64,000 nucleotides of DNA from Squalus acanthias. Its lineage: Eukaryota. This document shows positions 1 to 12,799 of this stretch, piece by piece; within the stretch, counting starts at the first letter, position 1; each line of letters opens with the position of its first letter. The notes under the pieces are model-generated. The model was not told the origin of the DNA, searched no databases, and worked only from the letters and a program-made list of their open reading frames with translations. A program made the translations under genes and the position numbers. The stretch is taken from contig CM059439.1 in NCBI GenBank assembly GCA_030390025.1, positions 45,446,001 through 45,510,000 on the forward strand, read 5' to 3'.

Positions 1-50
1 AAAGGCTTTTTTAACTCTGCCTCCTACCACATAGCTCTGAAGAAAAATAC

Positions 51-147
51 CTGAGTCAGTGGGTAACAGCAGTCCAGACATGAGTTCCTAAGCAATCCTT
101 GCATGTCGGGGCTGTTTGAAAACTGGCTTCCTGCTATTGTCAGAGCC
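51..147 (-). other. Candidate spliced exon (97 nt), host unknown; may be non-coding
   Basis: Minus strand reads ttcaagtttctgtttttgcccag|GGCTCTG...ACTCAG|gtattt. One frame is open (ALTIAGSQFSNSPDMQGLLRNSCLDCCYPLTQ) but the peptide is not recognised. Confidence 0.3.
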
Positions 148-577
148 CTGGGCAAAAACAGAAACTTGAAACAGTGTAGTTTCAGGAAAAGGAACAACTT
201 CCAAATTGAGAGGCACCAGCTATTCAGTAACTGAGCTCCAGCACTGCCCAGAATCATCTCAATCTTGCTAAGCTTTGCAAAATTTCTCTTAATTAAAAAT
301 AATGTAGTTTAAAGTTAATGCTCACAAATGTACTAGTTCAACATCATAATATCATTTGAACTCTCTAAAAGAGTATTCTTATTTGATATTAAAGTGGGAA
401 CTGGGTTGAAATATTGATTAAATAATGACATAATTTAATGATCTGGAATGTAAGAATACACACAGGGTAAATGTTCAGAGTCTAGGTCAGCAGTGATCGT
501 CCGGTACACACTGGCCGTGGGCGAGGTATCGTGCCACCGAATTAGAAATTTTAAGGTAGAGTTTCTAAAAAGGTATT

Positions 578-1040
578 GGGATGGATTTTAACTCAGAGTG
601 GGTTCCCAGTCTGGGTGGGAAGAGGGCACAGAGCGGCTGCCAGCAGGGGAAGATCGGGCGGCCCTTGGCCGTCTGCCAGCTTCCAGGTAAGTGGCGGGAG
701 GGGAGCTTTGGGAGGGTCTCACGGGGTAGAGGGGGGGGGGGTGGGAAGAGCCCAGCGCAGCGGAAGGCTGTGATTTTCCTTGCGAATCCTGGAGCAGCAA
801 CCCTTTGTCCCTCCCATTCCTACCAGCTGCTGATCTGCTTCAGCCTGGCAGGAAAGCCGGGTGCCCCGGTTAAAATGTTATCGGGGTCCTATTGATGAGG
901 TTCTCCTCCGCTTGCGGAACCCTGCAGGTTAAGACCAGAGACAGCTGCAAAGGGTCAGGTTCCGAGTGGATAAGTAACTTGCTCGTTTTTAACTGCCTAC
1001 CGTCCAGTTTCTACCAGGCAGGTAGGGTTAAAATCGGCCC
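578..1040. mobile_element. GC-rich non-autonomous DNA transposon (PIF/Harbinger-like MITE)
   Basis: Imperfect TIRs gggatggattttaac / gttaaaatcggccc; 3-bp flanks att/act; GC-rich block in AT-rich DNA. Confidence 0.5.
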
Positions 1041-1239
1041 ACTGATTCCTGTCATGCCTCAGTAAGTTGATAGACAGTGCAGTGTGCACCTGAACCAAAC
1101 AGTGGGGGAAGTCCCAGGATCCTGCTCGATACTGAGCTCCACAACACCTGGGCAGTAGTGGGTAGACACTATCATTGACTTGAGTCCTAGGGCTAAGGAC
1201 AGAAATCCACAATCTCTTGCTAGAAGTCTATGTAAGAAC

Positions 1240-1990
1240 TATAATGGGCATCAGAAATCTACATTATGAGGAAAAGGCAGTTCAGTTTGTTCCTTTTGGA
1301 AAGAAGATGATGTTTGAGTTTTCAAGATTATGAAAGGGATTGGCAAAGTGATCCAGACTAATTGTTCACCATTGCAAAAAGTTTCAAATATCACAGGACA
1401 TAAATTTTAAAAAATTATAATGTTAACAGTAAGGAGAGAAGCCTTTACCCAAAAGGAAATCCACGCTAGGCAATAAGTTACCAGGGAAAACCAATTTAGC
1501 AGTCACTTTGATGTGCTGATTGTACTCTCACCTCTTCATGACTTAAGTACATAATCTAGGCTTCAGCGCAGTACTGAGGGAATGTTGTACTGCCAGAGGT
1601 GCCATCTGTCGGATGAGATTTTAACTGGGGCCCTGCCTACCTGTTCAGATGAACGTAAAAGATTCCATGGCACTACTCAAAGAAAACCAGGAGTTCGTCA
1701 CGTATCTTGGGCATATTCATCACTCAACCAACACCACCAAAAAACAGATTAACCAGTCATTTGCCTCATTTGCTACTTCCTTGCTGCATGCCATGTTTGC
1801 TTAGGTAAGAACAGTGACTGCAGTTCAAAAGTGATTCATTGGTTGTGAAGCACTTTGGGACAACCTGAGCTTGTGAAAGACACTATATAAATGTAAGTTC
1901 TTTTTTCTCTCTTTTTCAAGCAATAGAATAATTTGGTTTAAGAGGCAACTCGATGTGTTTCTGGGAAGTGAAGGGAAAGAGGGGTATAGG
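1240..1990 (+). mobile_element. Degenerate CR1 LINE 3' fragment interrupted by a SINE at ~1500-1912
   Basis: tatgaggaaaagg...ttcaagattatgaaaggg...cacaggacataaatttta resembles the CR1 ORF2 C-terminus; similarity resumes after the SINE (tttaagaggcaactcgatgtgtttctgg...ggggtatagg). Confidence 0.55.
1500..1912 (+). mobile_element. Deu-domain tRNA-SINE (SacSINE1-like), diverged
   Basis: Colinear with the 13441-13901 copy (cagtactgaggga...gaggtgcc...ccatggcacta...ctatataaatgtaag). Confidence 0.8.
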
Positions 1991-3228
1991 CTTTACCTAT
2001 TCTAACAATTATAATTTTCTTATACGCCTCAGACTGGCTATAGCTCTTCCTCCCAATCTACATCTTGAATATATTGTAGCCCGTGGATATGCTGAAGAGT
2101 AACTCCTTCCAGTCCCATCCATGTCCTGTGTCACTCATGGCTGGATTACTTTTGTAATGTCTTGATTTAATGTTTCATTCATCAAAAACTGTATCTTGAA
2201 CTTAGTTGAACATTAATTCTAGATGGGATTAAATGCACTTTGGTATAAAGAAGGAGCTCGTCAGCAGATGACAAAAGGACATGTGAAGAATGAAAGCTCA
2301 GGGTGAAAATTGAAGGATTGAATGGACCAATAAACACAGAGGTTATTTTCAAGCTGGCATGTTCCATTATACATATATGGTAACCTAGGAAATGAGCCAA
2401 AGTTAGCCAACAGCTTCAAGAAAGCTGTAAAATAGTTAACAATTCAAAAGTGGCCCTAGACATGGCGAATGACATGTGAAATGGAGTAATTACACTGAAA
2501 CTACAGTGAGGACACAGACTTGTAATTTAAGCTGTAACTATACCCAACATTCATCCACTCATAGTAGAGAAAATAAATGATAAGTACGTACCATAAGCCT
2601 GATGGAGAATATAATTGCTCAAGGCACACGATTTAATTTCCAGAAAGGTCTGGGGTATCCTCCACCACCAAGAATTTTTTTTTAACCCTTTATTTGGTGA
2701 ATTTTCAAGTATTTGAGTCTACAATGAACATGAACATTGCATTTTTATCAAAAAAGGGTCATTTCCACAAGTTAAAAACTATTCTTTTATTAGCTAACTG
2801 GAACTGAATGATTCTCTGTATAATTTAACACTTTTCCCAGTAGCAGCAGATAATGTAACAGTGGGAGATGAACATTTTAAATTAATTTTCATTTCTGAAA
2901 AAACTGCCTATTAGCAAATAGAGTTTTCGAACCTGATCTTACTGACCACAGGATTATTCTAATCAAGACTGAGGCACCAGATTTAGAAATGCACACACTC
3001 TTAAAGACACCTTCCCCATCCATCCATGTCTGGGGATTTATTCTGGTGAATGTTAAGCACTTTTATATATTACAATTTATATATATTAAATGTAAACAAA
3101 AAAGAAAAAAATAAGTGGCATTTTAGTTTTTAACAGATCAACTTCCTCAAAAACAACCCAACAGTCACTCTTCACTTTTCACAGAGGCACTTGCCACCTC
3201 CACGCCCCCCATACAGTTCACAAACATT

Positions 3229-3600
3229 CACAGAATCATAGAAATTTACGGCACAGGAGGAGGCCATTTGACCCATTGTGTCTGTGCTGGCCAAAAAAGA
3301 GCTATCCAGCCGAATCCCACTTTCCAGCTCTTGGTCCATAGCCTTACAGGTTACGGCACTTCAAGTGCATATTTAAGTACTTTTTAAATCTGACGAGCAT
3401 TTCTGCCTCTAGCACCCTTTGAGGCAGTGAGTTCCAGAACCCTCTGGGTGAAAAACATTCTCCTCAACTCCCCTCTAATCTTTTTACCAATTACTTTAAA
3501 TCTATGCCCCCTGGTTATTGACCTCTCTGCTAGGGGAAATAGGTCCTTCTGATCCACGTTATCTAGGCCCCTCATAATTTTTTACACCTCAATTAACTCT
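3229..3600 (-). mobile_element. CR1 LINE 3' end fragment
   Basis: ORF 3384-3575 (DLFPLAERSITRGHRFKVIG...FFTQRV) is the CR1 ORF2 C-terminus, followed by a CR1-type 3' UTR and tail. Confidence 0.9.
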
Positions 3601-4085
3601 CTCCGACCAGCCCCCTAATTCAGAGGCACTCTAGCTCCTCAGTACTCAGTCCAATCGCCACCCAATTCACAGAAGCATTCTCTCCCGCTCCAAGCCTCTT
3701 AGTTCATGCTGGCACTCTGCTCCTCCTCTTCCACAGTTAAAGCTAGCACTCTTCTCTGCCATCAACTCCCCCACCCCCGAGTTCATACTGGCTCTATTCC
3801 TCCTCGACACCTGCCCCCACCCGCTCCCAAATTCAACCTTGCAATCTTGTTCTCAGCACCCCCCCACCACCCCCTCCCTCAATTCAAGTGAGTGCTCTCC
3901 TAATGTTCTAACTCCCCTAGGTCATGCTGGTACTCTTCTTCCTACCGCGCACCCACCCCCCCCCCCTTCACCAGTTCAACCACTCACTCTTCATCCCTTT
4001 GTCTAACTTCATGCTGGCATTATTCCCTGCTCAGCTCTCAATCTACCTTCATCATTCTGACACTCTCCGTCCCACAACCCTAGTT
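3600..4085. repeat. Degenerate C-rich tandem repeat
   Basis: Recurring ttca(t/g)(g/a)ctggcactct-like units separated by C-runs. Confidence 0.5.
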
Positions 4086-4099
4086 TAAGTGGATATTGC

Positions 4100-4450
4100 A
4101 AGACTCTATGATGTATTATAGCCAGACTTGAAGAAAGTCTGATAAAATTCCACATGAAGGACTGCCTCAGAAGCTAAGGGTAATGCCTGTTTTTGGTAAA
4201 ATTTGGTTCAATGAGAAATTGTCTAAAAGAGAGGAGCAGGGGGTACTGGTCAGGGGCTAGATACTGGGCTGGGGAGATATACTGAGTGGAGTGTGTCCAA
4301 GGGATTGGTTCTGGGAAATGTACTGAGTGGAATGTTTTGGGGATCGGTGCTGGGGAGATGTTCTGAGTGGGATGTCCAGTGTTAGGGAACTATACAGAGA
4401 AGAGTGCCCTAGGGATCGGTGATGGGGAGATGTACAAAGTGGAGCGTCTC
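4100..4450 (+). mobile_element. Degenerate CR1 RT fragment ending in a ~40-bp tandem amplification
   Basis: gacttgaagaaagtctgataaaattccacatgaagg resembles DFQKAFDKVPH; then about 5 units of ggggagatgtactgagtgg...gggatcggtgct (SGVPQGSVL region). Confidence 0.55.
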
Positions 4451-4756
4451 CTATGTATTCAGCAAGAAGGATTTAGTCCAGCAAGGGTTAACAATACATG
4501 TTAAGAGTTTCTAAGAATGGAGCTGGAATTTACAGACAGCTTTGTGAAATTTTACCTTATTGTATCAATGGAAGCAAAAAGGAAGTTGATCAGATATTTT
4601 CTCCGAACAAAAAGCTTCTTTCTGCTTCCAAAACTTTTGTTTCTTCATGACTGTAATAAGAATATTTTAACTCAACATTTGGAATCTTGGAGCTTTTTTG
4701 ATTATTCTTCTAGAACACTGAATGGAGAATATTTTGGCCTGTCTGACATTGTATTA

Positions 4757-5184
4757 ACAGTTGGTAGCACCCGCGCCGCCGAGTCAGAAGGTTGAGGGTT
4801 CGAGTCCCATGCCAGAGACTTGAGCACAAAAATCCAGGCTGACACTCCAGTGCAGTACCGAGGGAGTGCTGCATTGTCGGAGGTGCCATCTTTCGGATGA
4901 GACATTAAACCGAGGCCACGTCTGCTCTCTCAGGTGGACGTAAAAGATCGCGAAACACAATTTCAAAGAACAGCAAGGTAGTTATCCCTGGTGTCCTGGC
5001 CAATATTTAGCTCTCATCAACATCACTAAAAAAAAATGATCTGGTCATTGTCACATTGCTGTTTGTGGGATCTTGCCGTGTGCAAATTGGCTGCCGCGTT
5101 TCCTACATTACAACAGTGACTACATTTCAAAAAGTACTTCATTGGCGTGAAAGGTGCTATAAAAATGAAAGTCTTTCTTTCTTC
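4757..5184 (+). mobile_element. Deu-domain tRNA-SINE (SacSINE1-like)
   Basis: tRNA-like head with B box gggttcgagtccc, Deu-like core, tctt tail; highly similar to 13441-13901. Confidence 0.9.
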
Positions 5185-6207
5185 ATTAAACTATGGGAAT
5201 TTGTAATGGTTTAGCGACAGTGTTGTGAAATGTATTCTGTGCTTTAAAATATATGTTTTTCAACGTCTTTCAGAAGCACTTGGGAACTTCCTTTTGGACA
5301 TTTACTGTAATGCTGCAAATATAATGGGGAATATACTTCATTCCCCCCAGGGTGTCCCATTTCCTGGTAAATCCAACACAAAAGGAAAATTCTGGAAGCA
5401 TAAACAACCGCAAGATTAACCAAAGATAGTGGCGATGACCCTTGTGCCAGGACAAAGCACAACGGATTTTGTGTTTAATCTTTTTTAAATAATTTCTGAT
5501 TTGTTAAGTAACGTGACTTTCAGTATAGGCGGAGTGTGGAAGGCGTTCCTCGAGGGAGAAATGACACCTAGCATGAAATAAACATTCAGCTGGCTAAAGC
5601 AAAACCACACTGTTGTGGGAAGGAAAGCCCACAAAGAATGAAAATAGAAAGGGTCCAAGGCCTTGGCAGAATGACATTATGAAAAAAAACTGAGCAGTGA
5701 CTCATTTTGGCAGTCTACCTCAAACCCTGCATAGCCTCTGGCAAAAAGCCTCAAAGGAGACCCATGGCCACTGCCAAGCCATGAAACATCACAAGTATTA
5801 TCTGAGAAAGCATCTAGACCTTTTTTTAAACTGTTTTGTTGACATTTCTTTAGTTGCCAAAGAAATATTGTTATATATGCCTCATGAATGCCAATAGGAT
5901 CTGCAATATTACATGCAGCAATTCAGAACACATTTCAGGTTTTTTAAATTACAAATTAAAGGTTGTTTGTTTTATGAGAGGACTGTATTGTAACATTGCC
6001 TGAATCATCAGAATTACTCCTAAAGTCGAGGTTTTTCAATTAGCATTATTTTGATGTCAAGGTTAACACTTTTAAGATAAAAAGGTTAACACTGCATTAG
6101 AATAACGCTAATCTGGGAATCTATGCATTAGTATATAAATTAGTTTTAATTTTTTTTAAAGTAACAAAATTCTTTTTAGTTACATTTCTTGTCACATCTG
6201 CTATATT

Positions 6208-6973
6208 GGGCCAACATTTTGCAATCTGAGGTTTCCCACGGGCGGATGCCTCCGACCTGCAAAAATTCTACAAATGTACCTGGTGGCCTGGGAGATACGG
6301 AAGCTTGCAATCCTGGGCCTCTCCGGGTCTGTGCGGGTAGAGGCCCAAGTGTCCCAGGGGTGCAGGTGGTTCGTAGGCGCCCCTGGGATCACGTGGGCCA
6401 GCCCAACCAATAAAAGAAGGGAATCCCCATTCATACTTATTGGAGTTCCGTATGTACGGAACTCCAATAAGTATGAATGGGGATCACATAAAAAATACAC
6501 CAATACATGAAATAATTTTTTTTTTTAATTACATATTTAAAATTAATTAAAATGCCATTTAATTAAATATTTTAAACAAAAACTTTTTTGGAAAAACAAA
6601 TTATATGTTTTTACGGGGCTAAAAATAAACTTACCTTATTGAAGAGTATTTTTAATTTATAAATGAGTGATAACATTTTATTTTTCTATTTTTTAAAACT
6701 CTTATGCTGGTAAAAGCAGGCCTTACGCTACTTTTACCAGGCATATGAATTTGACAGGCATTCAGCGGGCGGAGGTTGTGCAAACAGTGCAACTCTCCAC
6801 CCGCGGAGGCCCTTCTCCCGGGGATGCGGAGGATCTGTCAAGAGGATTCTTGACAAATCGCAAGTGCCGGGTTTTCACGCATGCGCTTCGCATGCCTAAA
6901 TCCAGAACTTGCGCGGCCCCTACGGACGCGTACACACCTCGTACGCAACTGTAGGGGTCGCAAAATATGGCCC
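6208..6973 (+). mobile_element. PIF/Harbinger-like MITE with an internal 30-bp perfect palindrome
   Basis: TIRs gggccaacattttgc / gcaaaatatggccc; identical 3-bp flanks ATT (6205-6207, 6974-6976); second family member at 10700-11068. Confidence 0.8.
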
Positions 6974-7962
6974 ATTGATTGCTGTGATGCTGGGGCAGGT
7001 GTTTTATTTCTGATATCATACACATAAGATTCGTTTTTTAAAATGATCACATTCTAGGATCATGATACCGGTCCTGCAGCTGTATGATTTTCAGCAGGAA
7101 GGACAATCAAACCAAGTTATGAAGAGAAATTATTTATGTGTGCACTAAAAAATTTTTAAATACTATTTAAAATTAAATACGATTCTTCTGTCAACTTAGA
7201 TGTCTCTAGGGAAACAGGCAAATATTGATTCTAAAACATAATTTAATGTCTCTCTCTTTCCCCAACATTAAAAAGTTAATTATTTTTAAGCACTGCAGTG
7301 GCTTAGTACATTTAATCTATCAGGAGAGTACAGAAGGCACTAAGACAAGCATTGAGCTGAGGCCAAGTCAGCCCCTGTATGAAACCAGGACAGGTTGAAA
7401 GATGTCACTGTTGTGAATCTCCTGGTGGCCAGTTTAAAGCAGCATTGGTAAGGGACTGGGATGTGATAAGCTGCTATCTGTTTGAGACACAGGGAGACCA
7501 TGCAAACTTTGCAAGGGCATTATTTTCTCCTTCTTTAGTTTCCCCTCCCCATGCTTTATGTCATTCTCCAACTGACAAGACTGATAGGTAACCCATTCAC
7601 TGCTCTTGTTTCACGCCACTCTAAGAGCAAAGGAACAACAGAAGAAACCATTTTGTCGAACTCAAATTGAGCGAGACTATTACAATAAGCCACCGTCCAC
7701 ATTTTTTATTTCTTGTATTGCACTGATAGACAACTTGCGTCTGGTAGCACTTGTGTGCTGTTGTATTGGTGGTAAGCACGATGGAGGTGAGAGGAGTCTC
7801 TGGCGGTAGTGCAAAACGGGTGATAGCGAATTGGCAGCCTGCTTTATACCCCGCTTGACTTTCTTTTCCATGTTGAAAGTACATAATTTGTTTTGGAATT
7901 TTTGATAATCCCTGAATAAAACTTAGTTTTCAATTTTTATAAAAATATAGTAAAAGAAAAAT

Positions 7963-8220
7963 AAAGAACTTGCATTTATGTAGCACCTTTCGCAACCTCA
8001 AGATGTCTCAAAGTGCTTTACAGCCAATTAGGTATTTTTCTGAAGTGTAGCCACTGTTGTAGTGTAGGAAACACAGCAGCCAATTTGCAAACAGCAATGT
8101 GATAATGACCAGATAATTTGTTTTAGTGATGTTGGTTGAGGGATACATATTGGCCAAGACACCAGGGAGAACTCCCCTGCTCTTCGAATAGTGCCATGAG
8201 ACCTTTTACATCCACCTGGT
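7963..8220 (-). mobile_element. Deu-domain SINE, 3' part
   Basis: Reverse complement of the SINE 3' half (aaagaacttgcatttatgtagcacc...tcttcgaatagtgccatg). Confidence 0.85.
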
Positions 8221-8814
8221 GTACTGTCCCTTTAAAAACTGGCAGGCAAAAATTGTACGTGTGTGTGTTTAGGGAGGGAGGATCTGTGTCCTTCCTTCTC
8301 TGCTCCCCTCCAGTGGGCTGCAGGCCGCAGAGTCAAAACAGCAGAAAGCAGCCTGCCAAGTCATCGAATCTTGAAATAATTAGCAGCATATGTAAGAGAA
8401 CCTCAGGGTGACAGGGTAAGGAAACAGCCAAGAAAAACAAAGTGGACAATTCATTTTCTGCAAGCAAATTAAAAAATGTCATGCCTTGGGGCCCTCTGCC
8501 TACTCTGATTTAAAATAAGATGGAAATAAATGAAAAGACTCTGTGAAATCTTACTCTATCTATATGGTGCTCACATAGCAGAACGGCAGCTAGAGGGAAG
8601 GCTCATTGTGCAGCCATTATTGAAGCTGCAATCTCCACTTTAAATAAACTGGATGGTTATCCAACTTAATGTAACAGCAAAATTTGAAAGGTTTTAAATG
8701 AGAGAAGTTGACGGCAAAGACTATTGAAGCAGCAGAGAGAAGGGGCTGATCTTTGTAAAACCAATATACAAAAGGAAAAGGAAGCCAGGGGTTAAATTTC
8801 AGCAAACCAAGAAC

Positions 8815-9125
8815 CTCCATTTATATGTTGCCTTATCACATCACTCAGAAACAACCCAAAACACTTCATACAGAATGAATTGGAGCCACTGTTGTAGGTA
8901 GGTGAACATGCCACAACTTTGCACACAGCAATGTCCACAAACAGCAAAAAGATTGTTGGTGATGTGGTTTAGGAAAGAACGTTGCTAGGACATGAGGAAG
9001 AGTCACTGTTCTTTTTCAAATAGTGTCATGGAATCTTTAAAGTTCACTTGAACCATGTGTACAGACAAGTTTAACATTGCAACCGAAGGATGGAACACCT
9101 GACAATGCAGCACTCCCTCAGAATG
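8815..9125 (-). mobile_element. Deu-domain SINE, diverged
   Basis: catttatatg...aatagtgtcatggaatcttt...gacaatgcagcactccctcag matches the reversed SINE. Confidence 0.7.
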
Positions 9126-9130
9126 GCAGC

Positions 9131-9584
9131 GAGTGAGAATTGGGAGGCCCGAGGCCGGTCCAAAATTGGGCCAAGGGCCTCATTAGTATTAAGTGGGCGA
9201 GCTTCCGGTGTCTGTTGTGCCTCCACGAGCAGATCGTCCGTTTGCAGGAATGTCCCAGGAGGTGGGGGGGAGCGGCAATGGGGTGGGGGGTGTGGATGGA
9301 ATAGTGTGGAGTTAAGGGAGCACTCACTTTTAAATTGAGACTGCTTGAGAATCCAGAGTGGAGCGTGTCCCGCTCCTGCTCCAGTCTGTGATACCCAATT
9401 TAGCAAAGGAGTCTAAAACAGGTGTTAGATCTCTCATTTAAATATGTAAGGGGCCTGACGGCAGTTTTAAACACCCACCAATGACATCTAAAAAAAAAGG
9501 CCCAACCCAGCATTGGGTCAGATGTCTTTCAGCCGACCTTTGGACACATGTAAAATGGGGGCAACAAGGTCCAATTTCTACCTC
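9131..9584. mobile_element. GC-rich MITE-like element
   Basis: GC-rich block with weak inverted ends (gagtgagaattgg / ccaatttctacctc), abutting the SINE. Confidence 0.35.
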
Positions 9585-10699
9585 AACATCTCGAGTGAGA
9601 GCACTTTCTTCTTTCCAGTAATGTCAAAATATATATGAAATGTACAGTATTGAAGTTATTTGCATATACTAGATTACTGATAACTTGATTGCATTCTAAT
9701 AACCTATTAGAAAATATGGATGAATGCAACTATCAAAAATAACTGATACAATGTGAACTTATGAAATCCTATTGCTAGTTGACACTGTATATATCGCTGA
9801 TCTATTATTGTTCTGCAAGTGTCTTTAACATTCTTGCAACTGTCTCCTTGATTAGATTCTATGATTATTTTTCCTGTCAAATTTTGACCAAAAAGAGTAG
9901 ATGGAACACTTCTGAGGCGTTGGATGAATTTAGGGAACGCTGACTTCATGTTTTGAAATAAGCTGCAATGGTTCACACAAAGGATAGAAGGATAATGTAT
10001 CTCCACAGAGACATGATCCCTTTACAAGGCCTCAACGGTCAGGATACAGTAAAGCTATGAAAATTCAGCTCCAAATTTTGTCATAGATATCCAGCCTGTA
10101 CATAAATGTAGGTGCTTGAAATGAACGGAATTAAAAAGATAAATAACTGTGGAGAATTTAATTATTTATTTTAACACCAAGATAAGAAGGGACATAAATT
10201 TATCCCTGCTAGCAATGAGTAAATGTTGTGGTTTCTGTGTTTGTCCATTCAAACCCTTCCCTCCCCCACTCTGCAAAAAGAACTTGGCTTCCTACATCTA
10301 CCCTCATCCAGCCTGGAAACCTCCACAGACACAAATGTCTCATTTCACTTTAGCAGTGCAGTAAGTCTCCATTTCATGGTCACTTCCATCTACAACCATG
10401 CACAATGATCTGGACAAACTGGAAAAACCTCACCCTTTAGTGAAAGCCTGCGTGGAACTTAGGTCAAGATTCTAACCTAGATCTTCTCGTCAGAGGTACA
10501 GCACTCACACGGCAACCACCATACTGTCATTTATTTTAATCATTACAAATCATGGAAAACACAGATTTTGAAAGCAGAAAATAAAGTTCACCATGCAAGA
10601 AGAAGAGATTGTTTTGTGATGGATAGCAGATGGCAGGTGTCAGGACCAAAATTATATGCGTCAATATTTCTTTCAAATAAATACAGATTTTAGCCATCC

Positions 10700-11068
10700 C
10701 CATTTTAAATGTTTAATTAAATTGTATTTTAATTAATTTTAAATATGTAAAAAAAAAAATACTTGTTATGTAAATGTATTTTTTTATGTGCTCCCCATTC
10801 ATGCTTATGGGGATTCCATATGTACGGAATCCCCATAAGCATAAATGGGGATCCCCCCTTCTGTCATTCGTTGGGCCGACCCACATGACCCCAGGGGCGC
10901 TTGCGAACCGCCTGCGCCCCTGGGATATGTGAGTCTCTACGCATGTCTACGCCTAGAGGCCCAGGAGTGTGAGTCTCCATGGATCCAGGACCATCAGGTA
11001 GGTTCGTAGATTTTTTGCCGTTCGGAGGCATCCGCCCACGGGAAACCTCCGATCGCAAATTCAGGACC
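10700..11068 (-). mobile_element. Truncated second copy of the 6208-6973 MITE family
   Basis: Reverse complement aligns with 6208-6580 (gaggtttccc..gggcggatgcctccga), including the palindrome at 10792-10851. Confidence 0.85.
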
Positions 11069-11079
11069 AATAAAAATAG

Positions 11080-11205
11080 CAAAAGCAAAATACTGTAGAT
11101 GCTGGAAATCGGAAATAAAAACAGAAAATGCTGGAAATACTCAGCCAGTCAGGCAGCATCTGTGGAGAGAGAAACAGAGTTAACGTTTCAGGTCGATGAC
11201 CTTTC
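11080..11205 (-). mobile_element. Penelope-like terminal-repeat fragment (single arm)
   Basis: Same sequence as the arms at 53994-54240; ends in the reverse complement of aggtcatcgacctgaaacgttaac. Family assignment is by recognition. Confidence 0.6.
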
Positions 11206-12008
11206 AAGCAATGCTTTTTTAAAAACTCAATCTTTGAACCCAAGGAAGAGGTTGGCATTATATAGAACTTTATTAGTAGACTAATAAAGTTGTTAGTGGC
11301 ATTTTCTTACATTGGTGGACTAAAAATGTTAATATAGACAATTATTGAGAAGACGGCAGATCCCATTAACTTTAGTCCAAACTGGGCACTCTCTACTGAT
11401 GTTATACGTCACACTTGGAAGAAGCTTTGATATACCAAAGTCAGCATGATTGAAGTTGTGTTTTTACTGCATTTCAGAATGCATCAATTAAAAGGACTGT
11501 GCATACCATTCTCATGTATGTGACGATATCACACACTAATACTGATAAACTGTACCCAGCTGATGCTTACCACGTAATTGTGTCACAAACCTTTTTTTAT
11601 ATTGCACTATATCGATACATTCTTCTAACAGATACATCCATGTACAATATTTACATGGAGAAAATAATATTTGTTACAAATGTAACGAGTTAATGCACTT
11701 TCTACACGAAAGTATTAATGCCACTATGACCGTAGGCTGAAAGATCACTACATATGACTAAATATTCCAGAAACTGTTACAATCAGAAAGTTGAGCAGGC
11801 AAAATGTTGAAGGCTACCTTTCTATATCGAAGACGGAACTGAATAATTGACATAGAAAGAGGAAAGATGATACTGGGGACAGAAGTGAGAAATATAAACA
11901 TGTTTTACCTCAAGAAATATAAGGTAAATTAAATATCCTCTTATATTTTAAAGTTAATATATACATATCACTGTGATCTGAGGTAATGACTGTGAGGGAA
12001 TAGAGAAT

Positions 12009-12799
12009 GGCCCGGAATTTGTGGTCCTGATGATGGCGAACGAACAGTTTCACGCTACTGTGGTGAAAAATTGACCAACGCCTTTGAAACGGACGCAACT
12101 TCAGGATTTAGCGCACGCACAGCCTAACGCGGAAATCCTGAAGTTGCGGTCTGTCATTCACTGCTCCTCCACAGGCTGTGCTGTGGACTTCCCACCTATC
12201 CGTCCCATAGAGCCAGCAATCAGTGTAATCTCTCAAATCATGGAAACTGACGAAAACTTCAACTCTTCCACGGTAATTACACTGTTAAATACCCCATTTA
12301 AAGCGAGACCCAAAGGGATTAGGTGCAACAAGGGCTTTAACAGCTTAGTGACTGCTAAACAAAGGTCATGGCCCTGAAAAACTAATTTTAATTTTGTGCA
12401 GTGTCAAATTTATCCATTTTAATAAAAATTAAATTTATGAAACTTTTTAAAAAATGTTAATTTTTTTTAAGGTATGGTCATCTTTATTTCAGGTTTGCCT
12501 TTTCCCCATGCCCCAATCTTTGTATTGCTCTCTCTGACTTTTTAAAAAAGTTATAATTTTGGGAGTTTACTCACTTCCTGGTTCGCGATCTATGAGAATT
12601 CTGCGTTTTGATTGGCTGCTTAGACAAGAGCGTGTTGATGTCACAGCAGCTCTTCGCTGGGAATCCCCATTAACCTGCGCTGATTTGAATTATGCATCGG
12701 AAAAAAACAAAATTCTCGATACAGAGATCTTTGTGCGGAGCTTGTTTCGGGGCCAGCGGCAAACGCCTTTGCTTCGCCGCTGGCTGCAAATTCCAGGCC
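12009..12799. mobile_element. PIF/Harbinger-like MITE
   Basis: TIRs ggcccggaatttg / caaattccaggcc (1 mismatch); 3-bp flanks aat/gat; CpG-rich ends and AT-rich centre. Confidence 0.7.

Noticed and set aside
7621-7884. Overlapping short ORFs or a possible micro-exon
   Set aside because: The peptides are unrecognisable and the splice signals are only moderate.
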